From positions 704,001 through 768,000 of the forward strand of contig OZ257142.1 in assembly GCA_965279035.1 (NCBI GenBank): DNA of 64,000 bases, in the 5' to 3' direction. This DNA comes from Bacteroidia bacterium (GTDB lineage: Bacteria > Bacteroidota > Bacteroidia > M30B66). A program made the position numbers and the translations under genes. Positions 46,130 through 56,326 of this stretch are shown piece after piece. Numbering within the stretch: position 1 is the first letter of the stretch; the number at the start of each line of letters is the position of its first letter. The notes beneath the pieces were generated by a model. It saw nothing but the letters and a program-made list of their open reading frames with translations. It ran no database searches and was not told the origin of the DNA.

Positions 46130-47569
46130 TTACCCATATTTCAGAATGCGGAATATTGATTTTACGTGGAGTAATCCAATCGCAAAAGCAAATGCAGCCG
46201 ATATCCCGGAAAAAACAACCATCCCAATTATCCAATTTTGAAACAGCAATTGACTGATCCAAGCAAAGAGAATTACTGCAGGAATGAAAATGCAAAGTTG
46301 AGTGATTAAACGAACGTTTACCTTAAACTTAAAAATGCGTTGAGCTAGGTATAGTTGCAATATTGCCGTCCCGAATTGAGTAATTAATGAGGAAAGGGCA
46401 GCTCCCTGTGCCATAAAATGAGGAATCAAAAGAGCATTTAAGGTTAGATTAAACACCATTCCAGATCCAGCCATGATATTAAGCTGTAGAAGATTTCCAT
46501 TGGCCGTTAAGAGAGTACCGAAAATATAGGATAAGGAAGAAGCGATGAAACATCCCATCAAAATTGAAAATACCTGAGCCGATTCATGCGCATGTTCTTT
46601 ACACAACAAACGCATCATTTCTTCATTGAAAAAGATACAACCTACCGTAATAACTATAGCAGGAGTTAACAGAATAGTGAAAGCTAGTTTTACTAGTTGT
46701 TCAACTGACTCCTTATAACGAAGCATGCGTGCAAACATGGGCAACAGCAATCCTGCGAATAAAAATGAAATCATGTTTGCTGAATCGAGTAAACGATAAG
46801 CCGATGCATAAATTCCACTTTCGATTGCCCCATTAGGTAAAATTCGTTCGAGCATCACGGTATCAACTCGATTATAAAAGGTCATGAGCAAAACGAGGAT
46901 GGCAAAGGGAAAACTCTTCTTTAGTATTAAGAAGAAAAAAGGGCGATTCCATTTTAATTGTTTGAAAGCAGCTTTTCGAACAACAATGAAAAACGTAATT
47001 AATGTAGTGAGTAAATAGGAAAATGTTTGAGTATAGATGAACCATTCAATTTGAAATGGACCGTCAGTAACATGTCCCCACAATAAAATACTACAAAAAA
47101 GAATCATCAAACTTCGATCAAGTACCGAAATGATGCTATCCGTTTTGAAGAGATGCAATCCTGCTAAATTCGATCTCATGTAAAGAATCATGAAAGCGAG
47201 AAACTGATTAAAGCCCAGCATGGCTAGTAATCCAAGTTGCTTGGGCGAATATCCGATGAGGAAACCTGCTGTTAATGTAATCACCATAAAAGCAATTCCC
47301 AATAATAGCTTCAGAGCTAGAATGCTTGAAAAATGCTTATTAATTAAATGGTTGTTTTGAGCGATGTTCTTGTTATTGAAATTGGTAATTCCAAAATCCA
47401 AGAGGATATTCAATAAAAAAGAAAAATTGAAAATGGCAAAGTACATCCCATACGCTTCGGTACCAACAGTTTGCTGAACAGCTCTATCAATACCAAGAAT
47501 CCAAAATGGCTTGATGAGCAAATTGAGCGTAAGTAATAAAGCAAGATTTTGGATGAACTTTTTTTGCAT
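46130..47569 (-). CDS. Oligosaccharide flippase (Wzx-like)
   Basis: NLLIKPFW, YGMYF, LDFGI, PFA..Y.RVD..ML, GIYASAYR; about 12-14 TM. Confidence 0.9.
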   Translation of the reverse strand: MQKKFIQNLALLLTLNLLIKPFWILGIDRAVQQTVGTEAYGMYFAIFNFSFLLNILLDFGITNFNNKNIAQNNHLINKHFSSILALKLLLGIAFMVITLTAGFLIGYSPKQLGLLAMLGFNQFLAFMILYMRSNLAGLHLFKTDSIISVLDRSLMILFCSILLWGHVTDGPFQIEWFIYTQTFSYLLTTLITFFIVVRKAAFKQLKWNRPFFFLILKKSFPFAILVLLMTFYNRVDTVMLERILPNGAIESGIYASAYRLLDSANMISFLFAGLLLPMFARMLRYKESVEQLVKLAFTILLTPAIVITVGCIFFNEEMMRLLCKEHAHESAQVFSILMGCFIASSLSYIFGTLLTANGNLLQLNIMAGSGMVFNLTLNALLIPHFMAQGAALSSLITQFGTAILQLYLAQRIFKFKVNVRLITQLCIFIPAVILFAWISQLLFQNWIIGMVVFSGISAAFAFAIGLLHVKSIFRILKYG

Positions 47570-47585
47570 AATAGCAACTCCAGTC

Positions 47586-48053
47586 TTAACGCAAACGATC
47601 GGCAGAACGAACCAATGCTTCGTCTTTTCGAATTGCCCTATTGGCTAAAAAAATAAAAATCACCCCAATAAGTGGGAGCATTAATCCCCAACCATAGGTT
47701 CCTGCTAGGTGCTCTCCAGGTATTGCATCCAATGTTTTGTTGATCGAGCCAACCAACAATAAGAGCATGGCGGTATAAGCTAACATAGCTGATGCACTTA
47801 AACGTAATTGTAAAGAACGTCGTTTATATAGAAACAAAATGATGAGAGGAAAGAGCGTAAGTAAAAAACCTACTGCAACTAATGAAGGTTGACTCACAAG
47901 CACCTTTTCTTCTGGGCTTTCTTGCATCAAACCACCTAAATAAAATGTAAACGATGCACCATTTGCGATGGTGTGGTATAATGGGGCTGCAAGTAAAATT
48001 CCTGAGCAACAAGCGGCCAGAAATAAATAGAGACTTTGAATTCGTTGGATCAT
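47586..48053 (-). CDS. DUF4293 family membrane protein
   Basis: MIQRIQSLYL..., LYKRR.LQ, LANRAIRKDEALVRSADRLR; ATG at 48053 with TATTTTTG -7 box at 48072-48079. Confidence 0.9.
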   Translation of the reverse strand: MIQRIQSLYLFLAACCSGILLAAPLYHTIANGASFTFYLGGLMQESPEEKVLVSQPSLVAVGFLLTLFPLIILFLYKRRSLQLRLSASAMLAYTAMLLLLVGSINKTLDAIPGEHLAGTYGWGLMLPLIGVIFIFLANRAIRKDEALVRSADRLR

Positions 48054-48153
48054 TTTTTCTTTGAAAGGCTGCAAAAATAGATAATGATAGCTGTTTTCCT
48101 TCGCATAAAATATGTTCTTCCTATGTTGTATATCCAAATTATTGTATTATTGC

Positions 48154-48252
48154 ACTCGTTTATCACATAAATCACTCCGATACTGTTTCATATTCAGTCC
48201 TCAACACTGAATAACTTCATCGGAAATCCCCTCACAAAACTGAATTACGAGT
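48154..48252 (+). promoter_or_regulatory. Structured, C-rich/G-poor rho 5' leader
   Basis: Nested stems actcgt/acgagt, tccgat/atcgga, tattcagt/actgaata. Confidence 0.5.
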
Positions 48253-48273
48253 CATTTAATACGGTATATCCGC

Positions 48274-50361
48274 ATGTACGACATTCTCGAACTGAATGCC
48301 AAGCTTGTAGGTGAATTGCGTGAAATCGCCAAGAAGCTCAACATCTCCAAAGCTGACGTCCTTAAAAAACAAGATCTGGTATACCGGATACTTGATGAAC
48401 AGGCACTTAACCCTACTGAAGCAAGTCGATTGAAAAAGAAAGAAGAAAGCTCGAAGCCCGCTGCTAAACCAGCTGCCGAAGTTCCTCCAAACAAAAATGT
48501 GGAAGCCGTTAAATTGACGCTCAATCCAGCGGATGTTCGACGAATGGCAACTCAAGCTATGCAAGATGAAAAGCCTGTTCCTAAACAGGAAGTTTCAAAA
48601 CCAGCCATCAAAGAAGCGAAAGTTTCAAAAGAAGAAGTGAAACCTCTTCGGGGGCGTCGTCCAAATGCTCTTAAAGAAACACCTGCTCCTTCAATTCCTG
48701 AAGCTCCAGCACCTAAACCGCTTTCCGAGAAAATTCCGGTTAGAAATAATCCGCGTTTACCTCGCCCACTTGCTGGAAAACCTCCCGTTCCTTCTGAGCC
48801 AATTTCAGAAAAGCCAACAGTAGAAAAGCCCAATCCACCAGCTGAAGGTGAAGTTGTTAAAGTGGTTCCAACTCCTCATCCCGATGGAAAGTTGATTAGA
48901 ACCGATCGTCGCGAACGAACCAATCGAATGCCTTTTGATAAACGTTCCGATAACCTTGCGAATTATCAACCTCCTGCTTCTGCTCAAACACCTCCACAAG
49001 CACCGCCAACTCAAGCACCTCAACAAACTCCTCAACAAGCTCCAGCCCCTCAGAATAATTCTGGACAACAACAAAATTCAAATCAAAATCCTCAGCAAAG
49101 AGGAAATTGGCAGAATCAAAATCAGAATCAGAATCAACAGCGCCAACAGATGCCGCGTCCTCAGCACCAGCATCAACAACGCAATCCAAGCTTTCAACAA
49201 GCCAATGTAGAAAGTTCAACTCCAATTGATCCACTTCTTAATCTCGACCTAACTGTTCCTACCGAAGGTGTGCTCGAAATGATGCCCGATGGTTACGGAT
49301 TTTTACGCTCGTCTGATTATAATTACCTCGCTTCTCCCGACGATGTATATGTTTCTATTGCTCAAGTAAAACTTTACGGTCTTAAAACTGGCGATACAGT
49401 TGATGGTGGCGTTCGTGCTCCGAAAGAAGGAGAAAAATATTTTCCACTTACACGCATCGATAAAATTAATGGCCGCGATCCTTCCTATGTGCGCGATCGT
49501 GTTCCTTTCGATTTCCTAACACCTATGTTTCCGGATGAGAAATTGAAACTTACCGGTCATAAGCAAGGTACTATGTCGACTCGCGTGATGGATCTTTTTA
49601 CACCCATCGGAAAAGGTCAACGTGGATTAATTGTGGCTCAACCCAAAACGGGTAAAACAGTTCTACTAAAAGAAGTTGCTAACGCGATTGCTGATAATCA
49701 TCCGGAAGTATACCTTATCATTCTTTTGATTGATGAACGCCCCGAAGAGGTAACCGATATGGCGCGTAGCGTGAAGGCTGAAGTGATCTCCTCTACGTTT
49801 GATGAACCAGCAGAACGCCATGTTAAAATTGCCAATATCGTTCTCGAAAAAGCAAAACGCATGGTAGAATGCGGACAAGATGTAGTCATTCTACTCGATT
49901 CAATTACTCGTCTTGCAAGAGCTTACAATACAGTGCAACCTGCATCTGGTAAAGTACTTTCAGGTGGTGTTGATGCTAACGCACTGCATAAACCAAAACG
50001 CTTTTTTGGAGCAGCTCGTAAAATTGAAAAAGGTGGTTCTTTAACTATTCTCGCAACTGCACTCATTGATACTGGTTCTAAGATGGACGAAGTGATTTTT
50101 GAGGAATTCAAAGGAACCGGTAATATGGAACTTCAACTCGATCGCAAACTCGCTAACAAACGCGTTTTCCCTGCAATCGACTTGACCGCTTCATCTACGC
50201 GTCGCGATGATTTATTGGTTGATAAAGAAACCCTTCAACGTATGTGGATTCTTCGCAATCACCTAAGCGACATGAATACTGTGGAAGCGATGGAATTCAT
50301 TCGTCAACAAATGAATGGAACAATCAGCAATGAAGAGTTTCTAATAGGAATGAATGGCTAA
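48274..50361 (+). CDS. rho: Transcription termination factor Rho with long low-complexity N-terminal insertion
   Basis: [59 protein letters not shown]. Confidence 0.98.
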   Translation: MYDILELNAKLVGELREIAKKLNISKADVLKKQDLVYRILDEQALNPTEASRLKKKEESSKPAAKPAAEVPPNKNVEAVKLTLNPADVRRMATQAMQDEKPVPKQEVSKPAIKEAKVSKEEVKPLRGRRPNALKETPAPSIPEAPAPKPLSEKIPVRNNPRLPRPLAGKPPVPSEPISEKPTVEKPNPPAEGEVVKVVPTPHPDGKLIRTDRRERTNRMPFDKRSDNLANYQPPASAQTPPQAPPTQAPQQTPQQAPAPQNNSGQQQNSNQNPQQRGNWQNQNQNQNQQRQQMPRPQHQHQQRNPSFQQANVESSTPIDPLLNLDLTVPTEGVLEMMPDGYGFLRSSDYNYLASPDDVYVSIAQVKLYGLKTGDTVDGGVRAPKEGEKYFPLTRIDKINGRDPSYVRDRVPFDFLTPMFPDEKLKLTGHKQGTMSTRVMDLFTPIGKGQRGLIVAQPKTGKTVLLKEVANAIADNHPEVYLIILLIDERPEEVTDMARSVKAEVISSTFDEPAERHVKIANIVLEKAKRMVECGQDVVILLDSITRLARAYNTVQPASGKVLSGGVDANALHKPKRFFGAARKIEKGGSLTILATALIDTGSKMDEVIFEEFKGTGNMELQLDRKLANKRVFPAIDLTASSTRRDDLLVDKETLQRMWILRNHLSDMNTVEAMEFIRQQMNGTISNEEFLIGMNG

Positions 50362-50364
50362 TCA

Positions 50365-50874
50365 ATGAAACCTGAAACACGTTTTGCCCTATTCATTTTC
50401 GCAGCATCTGTCATTTGGAGAACTGGTCTTTACCTAAGTGGTTTTGCCGATTCTACGTTAGGGAATTATCCTTTGCTACCTGTGTTTGGTTTTCTTCTCA
50501 TTGGAATGTTCCGAGGGATGGAAAACCGCAGACAACTCGATTTCCCAAACGGAATTCCGTTTTTGCCTGCTTTTAAAACAGGAATGTCAATCGCTGCATT
50601 GTTTTCTTTGATGTACACTTTATTCATTTATGTGTACATCACCTATTTAGATTACGATTTCAAAGGTCGATTTATAGCGAAACGTGTTCTTGATCTTCGG
50701 AAAAATAAAACTCCTGAAGTAGATATTACAGCATGGATTGATGGAGCAGAGAAATTTCCATTTGCCATGACCTGGATCCTTTTTACATTCATCGGATTGA
50801 TGGTGCTCAGTGTGTTTTATGCAGGTGTTATTGGTCGGATGATGGTTAAAAAATATCCTGTAAAAGCAGCTTAA
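50365..50874 (+). CDS. DUF4199-like membrane protein
   Basis: Four TM pattern with F..AFKTG..I, F.Y.Y..Y.D..F. Confidence 0.7.
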   Translation: MKPETRFALFIFAASVIWRTGLYLSGFADSTLGNYPLLPVFGFLLIGMFRGMENRRQLDFPNGIPFLPAFKTGMSIAALFSLMYTLFIYVYITYLDYDFKGRFIAKRVLDLRKNKTPEVDITAWIDGAEKFPFAMTWILFTFIGLMVLSVFYAGVIGRMMVKKYPVKAA

Positions 50875-52232
50875 TTCATTCCAAGTTGATTCGGAAGTTC
50901 CTCAAAACTCAACCCGTCAAAATTCCCGGAACTCATCATCAGTAAATTGGCATTGTCCCAGTTTTCATTTCTCAAGGCTTCAACAAGCAGAGCTGAATCG
51001 TTAAAGACAATCACATTATTTCCACCAAAAGCAGATTTAACTTGCTCGGTTGTAATAGGTTTTAATTTTTTGTGCTCTACCGTGTGCGGATTGAAGTAAA
51101 CATAGGCCTTATCTGCTTTGGCCATGGAGTTTTTATATTCCAATAGAAACAGCTCATTTAAACTACTAAACGTATGGAGTTCCATACAGGCAATGAGTTT
51201 TCTGTTTGGAAACTGCTCCCTTACTGCATCGGTTGTTGCTTTTAGTTTTGATGGAGAATGTGCAAAATCTTTAAACACGCTGGTGCTACTGTTAGAAAAG
51301 ACAAGCTCGAGCCTTTTTGCAGCTCCTGTGAACGATTGAATTGCTTGATAGAAATCGGCTTTACTCATCCCCAATTCTTCACAAACCAAGAGAGCTCCTT
51401 TTAAATTCTGCAAATTATGCTTTCCGAAAATCTTAAGCGGAATTCGTTGTTCTTCATCAATTAAATAAGTAAAGCCATTGATGATTTCAGAAGGATGTTC
51501 ATGATACGGGTGTAGCCGAATATCTTTTCTACAATTCGCTGCAATCTTCACTAATTCTGGATCTCCATCAAAGAAAATGAGCGTTCCGTTCAGTTCAATT
51601 TTATCAGCAAATAATTGGAATTGCTCTACATAATTTTCAAACGTTGGAAAAACATTGATATGATCCCAAGCAACACCACTCAATAATGCTATGTGAGGAT
51701 GATATAAATGAAATTTTGGGACACGTTCGATTGGCGATGCTAAATATTCATCACCTTCCAATAGGATGCGTGGTGATTCGGCAGTAATTTTTACCATTGT
51801 ATCAAATCCCTTCAGCTGCGCACCTACCAAATAATCACACTCCATGCTACATGCGTTCAAAGCATGAAGGATCATCGCCGTAATGGAAGTTTTACCATGG
51901 CTTCCGCCAATAACAACGCGTGTTTTGTTTTGACTTTGGTCATAAATATAACCCGGATAGGAAAATACGTTCAAGCCTAATTCTTGAGCTTTAAGCAATT
52001 CAGGATTATCGATTCGTGCATGCATTCCTAAAATAACAGCATCTAAATCTGAAGTTATTTTATCGGGAAACCAACCATCTTGTTTGGGTAATAATCCATG
52101 TGAAGCTAGCCGTGTGCGGGATGGCTCAAACACTTCATCGTCCGAACCACTTACTTCATATCCTTTTTTATGCATGGCAATCGCCAAATTATGCATCGCA
52201 CTTCCACCAATTGCAATCAGATGAACCTTCAT
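50871..52232 (-). CDS. mpl: Mur ligase family protein (Mpl/MurC-like peptide ligase)
   Basis: HLIAIGGSAM, GSHGKTS, EGDEY, WDH, DFAHSP, MSSGNF. Confidence 0.82.
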   Translation of the reverse strand: MKVHLIAIGGSAMHNLAIAMHKKGYEVSGSDDEVFEPSRTRLASHGLLPKQDGWFPDKITSDLDAVILGMHARIDNPELLKAQELGLNVFSYPGYIYDQSQNKTRVVIGGSHGKTSITAMILHALNACSMECDYLVGAQLKGFDTMVKITAESPRILLEGDEYLASPIERVPKFHLYHPHIALLSGVAWDHINVFPTFENYVEQFQLFADKIELNGTLIFFDGDPELVKIAANCRKDIRLHPYHEHPSEIINGFTYLIDEEQRIPLKIFGKHNLQNLKGALLVCEELGMSKADFYQAIQSFTGAAKRLELVFSNSSTSVFKDFAHSPSKLKATTDAVREQFPNRKLIACMELHTFSSLNELFLLEYKNSMAKADKAYVYFNPHTVEHKKLKPITTEQVKSAFGGNNVIVFNDSALLVEALRNENWDNANLLMMSSGNFDGLSFEELPNQLGMN

Positions 52233-52348
52233 TCCTCAAAATTTCCGGTAAATTTAGCCCCTGCGTTTAGCTTGATTCTTCACTTGTTCTGAATTTGTGA
52301 ACATCGTGCTGTGACCTAATGCACATTCATCTTTATTTGTAAAAAAAT

Positions 52349-53194
52349 ATGCAGTTATTTCCAATCAATGCCGGCCATTTCAAACTCGATGGTGGCGCTA
52401 TGTTCGGTGTAGTTCCTAAATCGCTTTGGAGTAAAAATTATCCTGCAGACGAAAACAATCTCTGCTCTTGGGCTATGCGTTGCTTATTGGTTCAAGATGG
52501 AAACCGCTTAGTACTTATTGATAATGGAATGGGAAATAAACAGGATGAAAAATTCTTCTCCCATTATGCATTGCATGGCGAAGACACTTTAGACAAATCG
52601 CTTCAATATGCTGGCTTTCATCGTGATGATATTACAGATGTTTTTTTAACGCATCTTCATTTTGATCATTGCGGCGGAAGCATCGAATGGAATTCCAATC
52701 GTTCTGGCTTTCGCCCAGCTTTTAAAAACGCCACCTATTGGAGTAATGCTGAACATTGGAAATGGGCCACCGAACCAAATCCTCGCGAAAAAGCATCCTT
52801 CTTAAAAGAAAATATTTTGCCCATACAAGAATCTGGACAACTCCGTTTTATCGAAGGGAATGAGTTATTTAAAGGATTCAATATCGAACGAGTGAACGGA
52901 CATACCGAATCAATGATGCTACCTGTAATTGAAACCGGTGGACATAAAATTATGTACATGGCCGATCTGCTTCCTTCGCCCGTGCATGTTCCAGTTGCTT
53001 GGGTGATGGCATACGATACCCGCCCATTGCTCACCATGCAGGAAAAGTCATCAGTGCTTTCAACCTGTGTCTCAGAAGAACGAATCCTCTTTTTTGAACA
53101 TGATAAATCCATCGAATGCGCCACATTGCAACAAACAGAAAAGGGAATTCGCATAAAAGATACCTTTCCATTGTCTGCACTTTTTTCTTCTTAG
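52349..53194 (+). CDS. MBL fold metallo-hydrolase (YtnP-like)
   Basis: LDGGAMFGVVPK, THLHFDHCGG, GHT, ADL, FEHD. Confidence 0.93.
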   Translation: MQLFPINAGHFKLDGGAMFGVVPKSLWSKNYPADENNLCSWAMRCLLVQDGNRLVLIDNGMGNKQDEKFFSHYALHGEDTLDKSLQYAGFHRDDITDVFLTHLHFDHCGGSIEWNSNRSGFRPAFKNATYWSNAEHWKWATEPNPREKASFLKENILPIQESGQLRFIEGNELFKGFNIERVNGHTESMMLPVIETGGHKIMYMADLLPSPVHVPVAWVMAYDTRPLLTMQEKSSVLSTCVSEERILFFEHDKSIECATLQQTEKGIRIKDTFPLSALFSS

Positions 53195-54261
53195 CTCAAT
53201 TCGCTTCGAATAGTGGTGCTCAAGCGCTTGTCATTATTGGAAAGCAAGCACCATTTATTCTTCGGGAACTTGTTCAGCCATTTGGTCAATTAAGCGACGT
53301 AGATTCTTGCTTATTTATTTCTCCAACTCGCTTGGCTGTTCGTAAAACGGGTGAGCAAGGATTTCGTTTATATACTTCAACCTTACGACCTATAGGAAAT
53401 TCATTAGTAAGTCGAATCGGAATTCAGCATGAAGCGATGATTCCTTTTGCCTTTGGCGATGATTGGGGAATTGCAGATACCAATGGACATGTTCTTATTA
53501 AACCACGTTTCGATGAAATAATATTAATTAAACATGGGAAAATTGCTGTTAGAAAAGGGAATCAATTTGGTGTGATTAATTCTTCTGGGAAATGGATTCT
53601 CAAGCCCGAATCGGATAAATCAAAAGCACTTAATCTACTCCATCCACCCCCCAAAAGCACATCGAAATTCGACTCTTCTCTTTTTGATAAAGTAGCGTTC
53701 GAAGACGGAGATTCTATTGTTCGAGTATATAAAAACAAACGTGTTGGATTTGTTGATTTGAGAACAGGAAGGACTATTTCTGAAATCATTTTTGAAGAAG
53801 CATCTCCTTTTATTTTGGGAAAAGCCATCGTTAAAAATGAAAACGGATATACATTAATGAATGAATCTGGACAGATTTGCCCTATGCAGATGTTCGATTT
53901 TATTCAGTTTGATCAATCCTTAAATCTTGTTTTTTATTCTGGAGAAGGTTCCGAACGTTGGATGGGACTTCTTGGAGATCATTGCGAAATTATTGTTCCA
54001 GGATCGTTTCGTGAAATTGGTCATTTTTCAGAATCTTTTGCTCGATGTTCTAGAACTGGAATCGGATATAATTACCTTGATCAAAAAGGAGATGAAGTAT
54101 TTCCGAAGAAAGTATTTAGTACAGCCGAAGATCCCCAAAATGGATTTGGGCTTGTATGCGAAAATAATGTGTGGCAAATTTTGAATCTATGGAATGCTGA
54201 TCCTCGACCTGTTTACGTATCAAACGATCGAACCGCCTTTCAAATCATTAGTTTTCATTAA
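53116..54261 (+). CDS. WG repeat-containing secreted protein
   Basis: WGIADTNG..IKPRFD, FGVINSSG, VGFVD, F.EASPF..G.A repeats; start uncertain. Confidence 0.75.
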   Translation: MRHIATNRKGNSHKRYLSIVCTFFFLAQFASNSGAQALVIIGKQAPFILRELVQPFGQLSDVDSCLFISPTRLAVRKTGEQGFRLYTSTLRPIGNSLVSRIGIQHEAMIPFAFGDDWGIADTNGHVLIKPRFDEIILIKHGKIAVRKGNQFGVINSSGKWILKPESDKSKALNLLHPPPKSTSKFDSSLFDKVAFEDGDSIVRVYKNKRVGFVDLRTGRTISEIIFEEASPFILGKAIVKNENGYTLMNESGQICPMQMFDFIQFDQSLNLVFYSGEGSERWMGLLGDHCEIIVPGSFREIGHFSESFARCSRTGIGYNYLDQKGDEVFPKKVFSTAEDPQNGFGLVCENNVWQILNLWNADPRPVYVSNDRTAFQIISFH

Positions 54262-54620
54262 TAAAACCAGCTTTTTCGAGTTTCTATTCCTACAAACAAT
54301 CCTTCTGGACGAATTTCAATTGGATAAAGATTGATATTGTTTTCTCGTCTTTCAACTTCTCTCCCTGTTTTTAAATTCCAAGCATAGCGATGAAACGGAC
54401 AAACAATCGTCCCGTTTTCACAAAATCCACCATGAGTAATCGGTAAGTTTTGATGAGGGCATTTTTCATCTAAAGCATAAAAGCCAGTTTCTGTCCTAGC
54501 TAAGCAAAGACGCTTTTCACCCACTTCAATGGAGATTGTTTTGTTGATTGGAACTATTTCTTTTGCTTTTTCAATGGAACTGAATACCATGAACCACTCG
54601 GTACTTTTCTTAGAAAACAT
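54258..54620 (-). CDS. Rieske (2Fe-2S) ferredoxin
   Basis: CPHQ...CPFH..W...TG. Confidence 0.92.
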   Translation of the reverse strand: MFSKKSTEWFMVFSSIEKAKEIVPINKTISIEVGEKRLCLARTETGFYALDEKCPHQNLPITHGGFCENGTIVCPFHRYAWNLKTGREVERRENNINLYPIEIRPEGLFVGIETRKSWFY

Positions 54621-55547
54621 TCAGGGTACTGTTACGATGTTGAGTTTTTGAGAATGAATGACAAAGATAGCGGGAGTTGAACCAATAGACTCACCATCTG
54701 CTTGAATTGGTAGGTCAGGAGTGTGGATTTCTAATTTCGCACAAGTCATCGTTTGTACTTCTTTCAGTTTAGTAAAGCTCCCTGTAAACAATCGGGGAAG
54801 ATTGAAAATGACTTTAATACGTTTTATTTTAGATGCAATAGTTAAATGAAACAAGCCATCCGATGGCTCTGCTTCTGGAACAAGTTTCATCGCATTGCCA
54901 GCATATCGACAAATGCCCGCCAATAGTGCAAATAATTCGGTGTCTTGTTTTTTATCGTCAACACTAAAATCGATTCTGGGTTCTTTATATTTAGTTAAGG
55001 TTCCAACTAAGTGAGAAACATAGGTTAAAACGCCACTTTTTCCTTGAGCTTTTGCTGCATTCGCAGCTTGTGCAACTTTAGCATCAAATCCACACCCTGC
55101 TACATTTATAAACCACATTTCCCTTTCAACTCCACGATTTTGAAAGGAGATATGAGCAACGTCTTGTTGTTTGGAAATTGGATTCTTTAATAAATTAATA
55201 GAAGATTCAATTGAGTTAGGGATTTTCCACGTTCGTCTCCAATCATTTCCGGTTCCAACAGGAATCTGTGCTAATAAAATCTGATTACTTGGAATGTGCG
55301 TTTGCTCTAAAATACCATTGGCAACTTCATTTAATGTTCCATCACCACCAGCCACAACAAATTTTCTGAATCCTTTTTCTATCGATTTCTTCGTTACTTC
55401 AATCGCATCACCACCGTGTTTCGTTTCATAAAGTGTATACGATATTCCAGCATTGACCAATGATTGCTCAATCCGCCATTTATGCCGAAGTCCTTTCCCT
55501 CCACCTGCTTTGGGATTCAAAATCAAAAACCAATCTGCTTGTTCCAT
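54621..55547 (-). CDS. Diacylglycerol/lipid kinase family protein (YegS/DgkB-like)
   Basis: NPKAG, GGDGTLNE, PVGTGND, QADGE. Confidence 0.93.
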   Translation of the reverse strand: MEQADWFLILNPKAGGGKGLRHKWRIEQSLVNAGISYTLYETKHGGDAIEVTKKSIEKGFRKFVVAGGDGTLNEVANGILEQTHIPSNQILLAQIPVGTGNDWRRTWKIPNSIESSINLLKNPISKQQDVAHISFQNRGVEREMWFINVAGCGFDAKVAQAANAAKAQGKSGVLTYVSHLVGTLTKYKEPRIDFSVDDKKQDTELFALLAGICRYAGNAMKLVPEAEPSDGLFHLTIASKIKRIKVIFNLPRLFTGSFTKLKEVQTMTCAKLEIHTPDLPIQADGESIGSTPAIFVIHSQKLNIVTVP

Positions 55548-55574
55548 TTTTCAAACATAATGGGAATTATCCAT

Positions 55575-55612
55575 AAAAAATAAGGCGCTGAATCAATTGA
55601 CTCAGCGCCTTT
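55575..55612 (-). terminator. Intrinsic terminator after hsp20
   Basis: aaggcgctga-N10-tcagcgcctt with A-run giving a U tail on the minus strand. Confidence 0.82.
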
Positions 55613-55631
55613 ATAACAACCACCATTTTGA

Positions 55632-56078
55632 TTAATTCAACTCAATTTTTCGAGCTATTTTAGTTTCAATCTCCTTTTTAGGTAATTCAATATGAAGAAT
55701 CCCATGCTCAAAACGAGCAGCAATTTTTTCTTGGTCTACATTTTCAGGTAAAGTAAAACTGCGTTTGAAATTCTGAAAACTGAACTCTTTTCTGCTATAA
55801 CGTTTCTCAGTTTGTTCTGTTTCTGATTTCTTTTCTCCACTTACCGTTAGGATTTCATTTTCAATCGACAATTCAATTTCCTCTTTTGTGAATCCAGGTG
55901 CCGATAACTCTAAATGAAAATGTTGCTCATTTTCTGAAATGTTTACTGCTGGCAATCCCGAAGCGGTACCAAATGGACGAAATCCTGACATTTCGTTTTC
56001 GAAAAAATCGTTGAACAAGCTTGAAAAAGCAGGTGATACAGGACGATTCGTTGGTTTGTTAAATTTTATAAGTGTCAT
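55632..56078 (-). CDS. Hsp20/alpha-crystallin small heat shock protein
   Basis: PAVNISE, APGF.KE, F.RSFTLP, A.FEHGIL.I.LPK; ATG at 56078 (MTLIKF). Confidence 0.95.
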   Translation of the reverse strand: MTLIKFNKPTNRPVSPAFSSLFNDFFENEMSGFRPFGTASGLPAVNISENEQHFHLELSAPGFTKEEIELSIENEILTVSGEKKSETEQTEKRYSRKEFSFQNFKRSFTLPENVDQEKIAARFEHGILHIELPKKEIETKIARKIELN

Positions 56079-56113
56079 GGGTTTTTGTTTTTTAATTGTT
56101 TCCTCAGCCGTTT

Positions 56114-56293
56114 TCAATCTATATTCCATTTAAAATTAACGGACAATATGGCGCAATTATTTTGGAGCGAATGACAAAACGGCGCACGAGAATTTAATCT
56201 AACACAGGATGACACGATTTCATTCAGTTCCATTTCAATCTGACAGTCTTTTCGTCGATATGTCTGAATTAAAACTGTCGGAATACTCTTTGA
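56114..56293. promoter_or_regulatory. Divergent sigma54-like promoters with four TGACA-type boxes between them
   Basis: TGGAAT-ATAGA-TTGA (minus, 56114-56128); CGGAAT-ACTCT-TTGA (plus, 56279-56293); boxes at 56141, 56172, 56210, 56241. Confidence 0.55.
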
Positions 56294-56326
56294 GTAGGGC
56301 AACTCACACAAAAAACTATAACGAAT

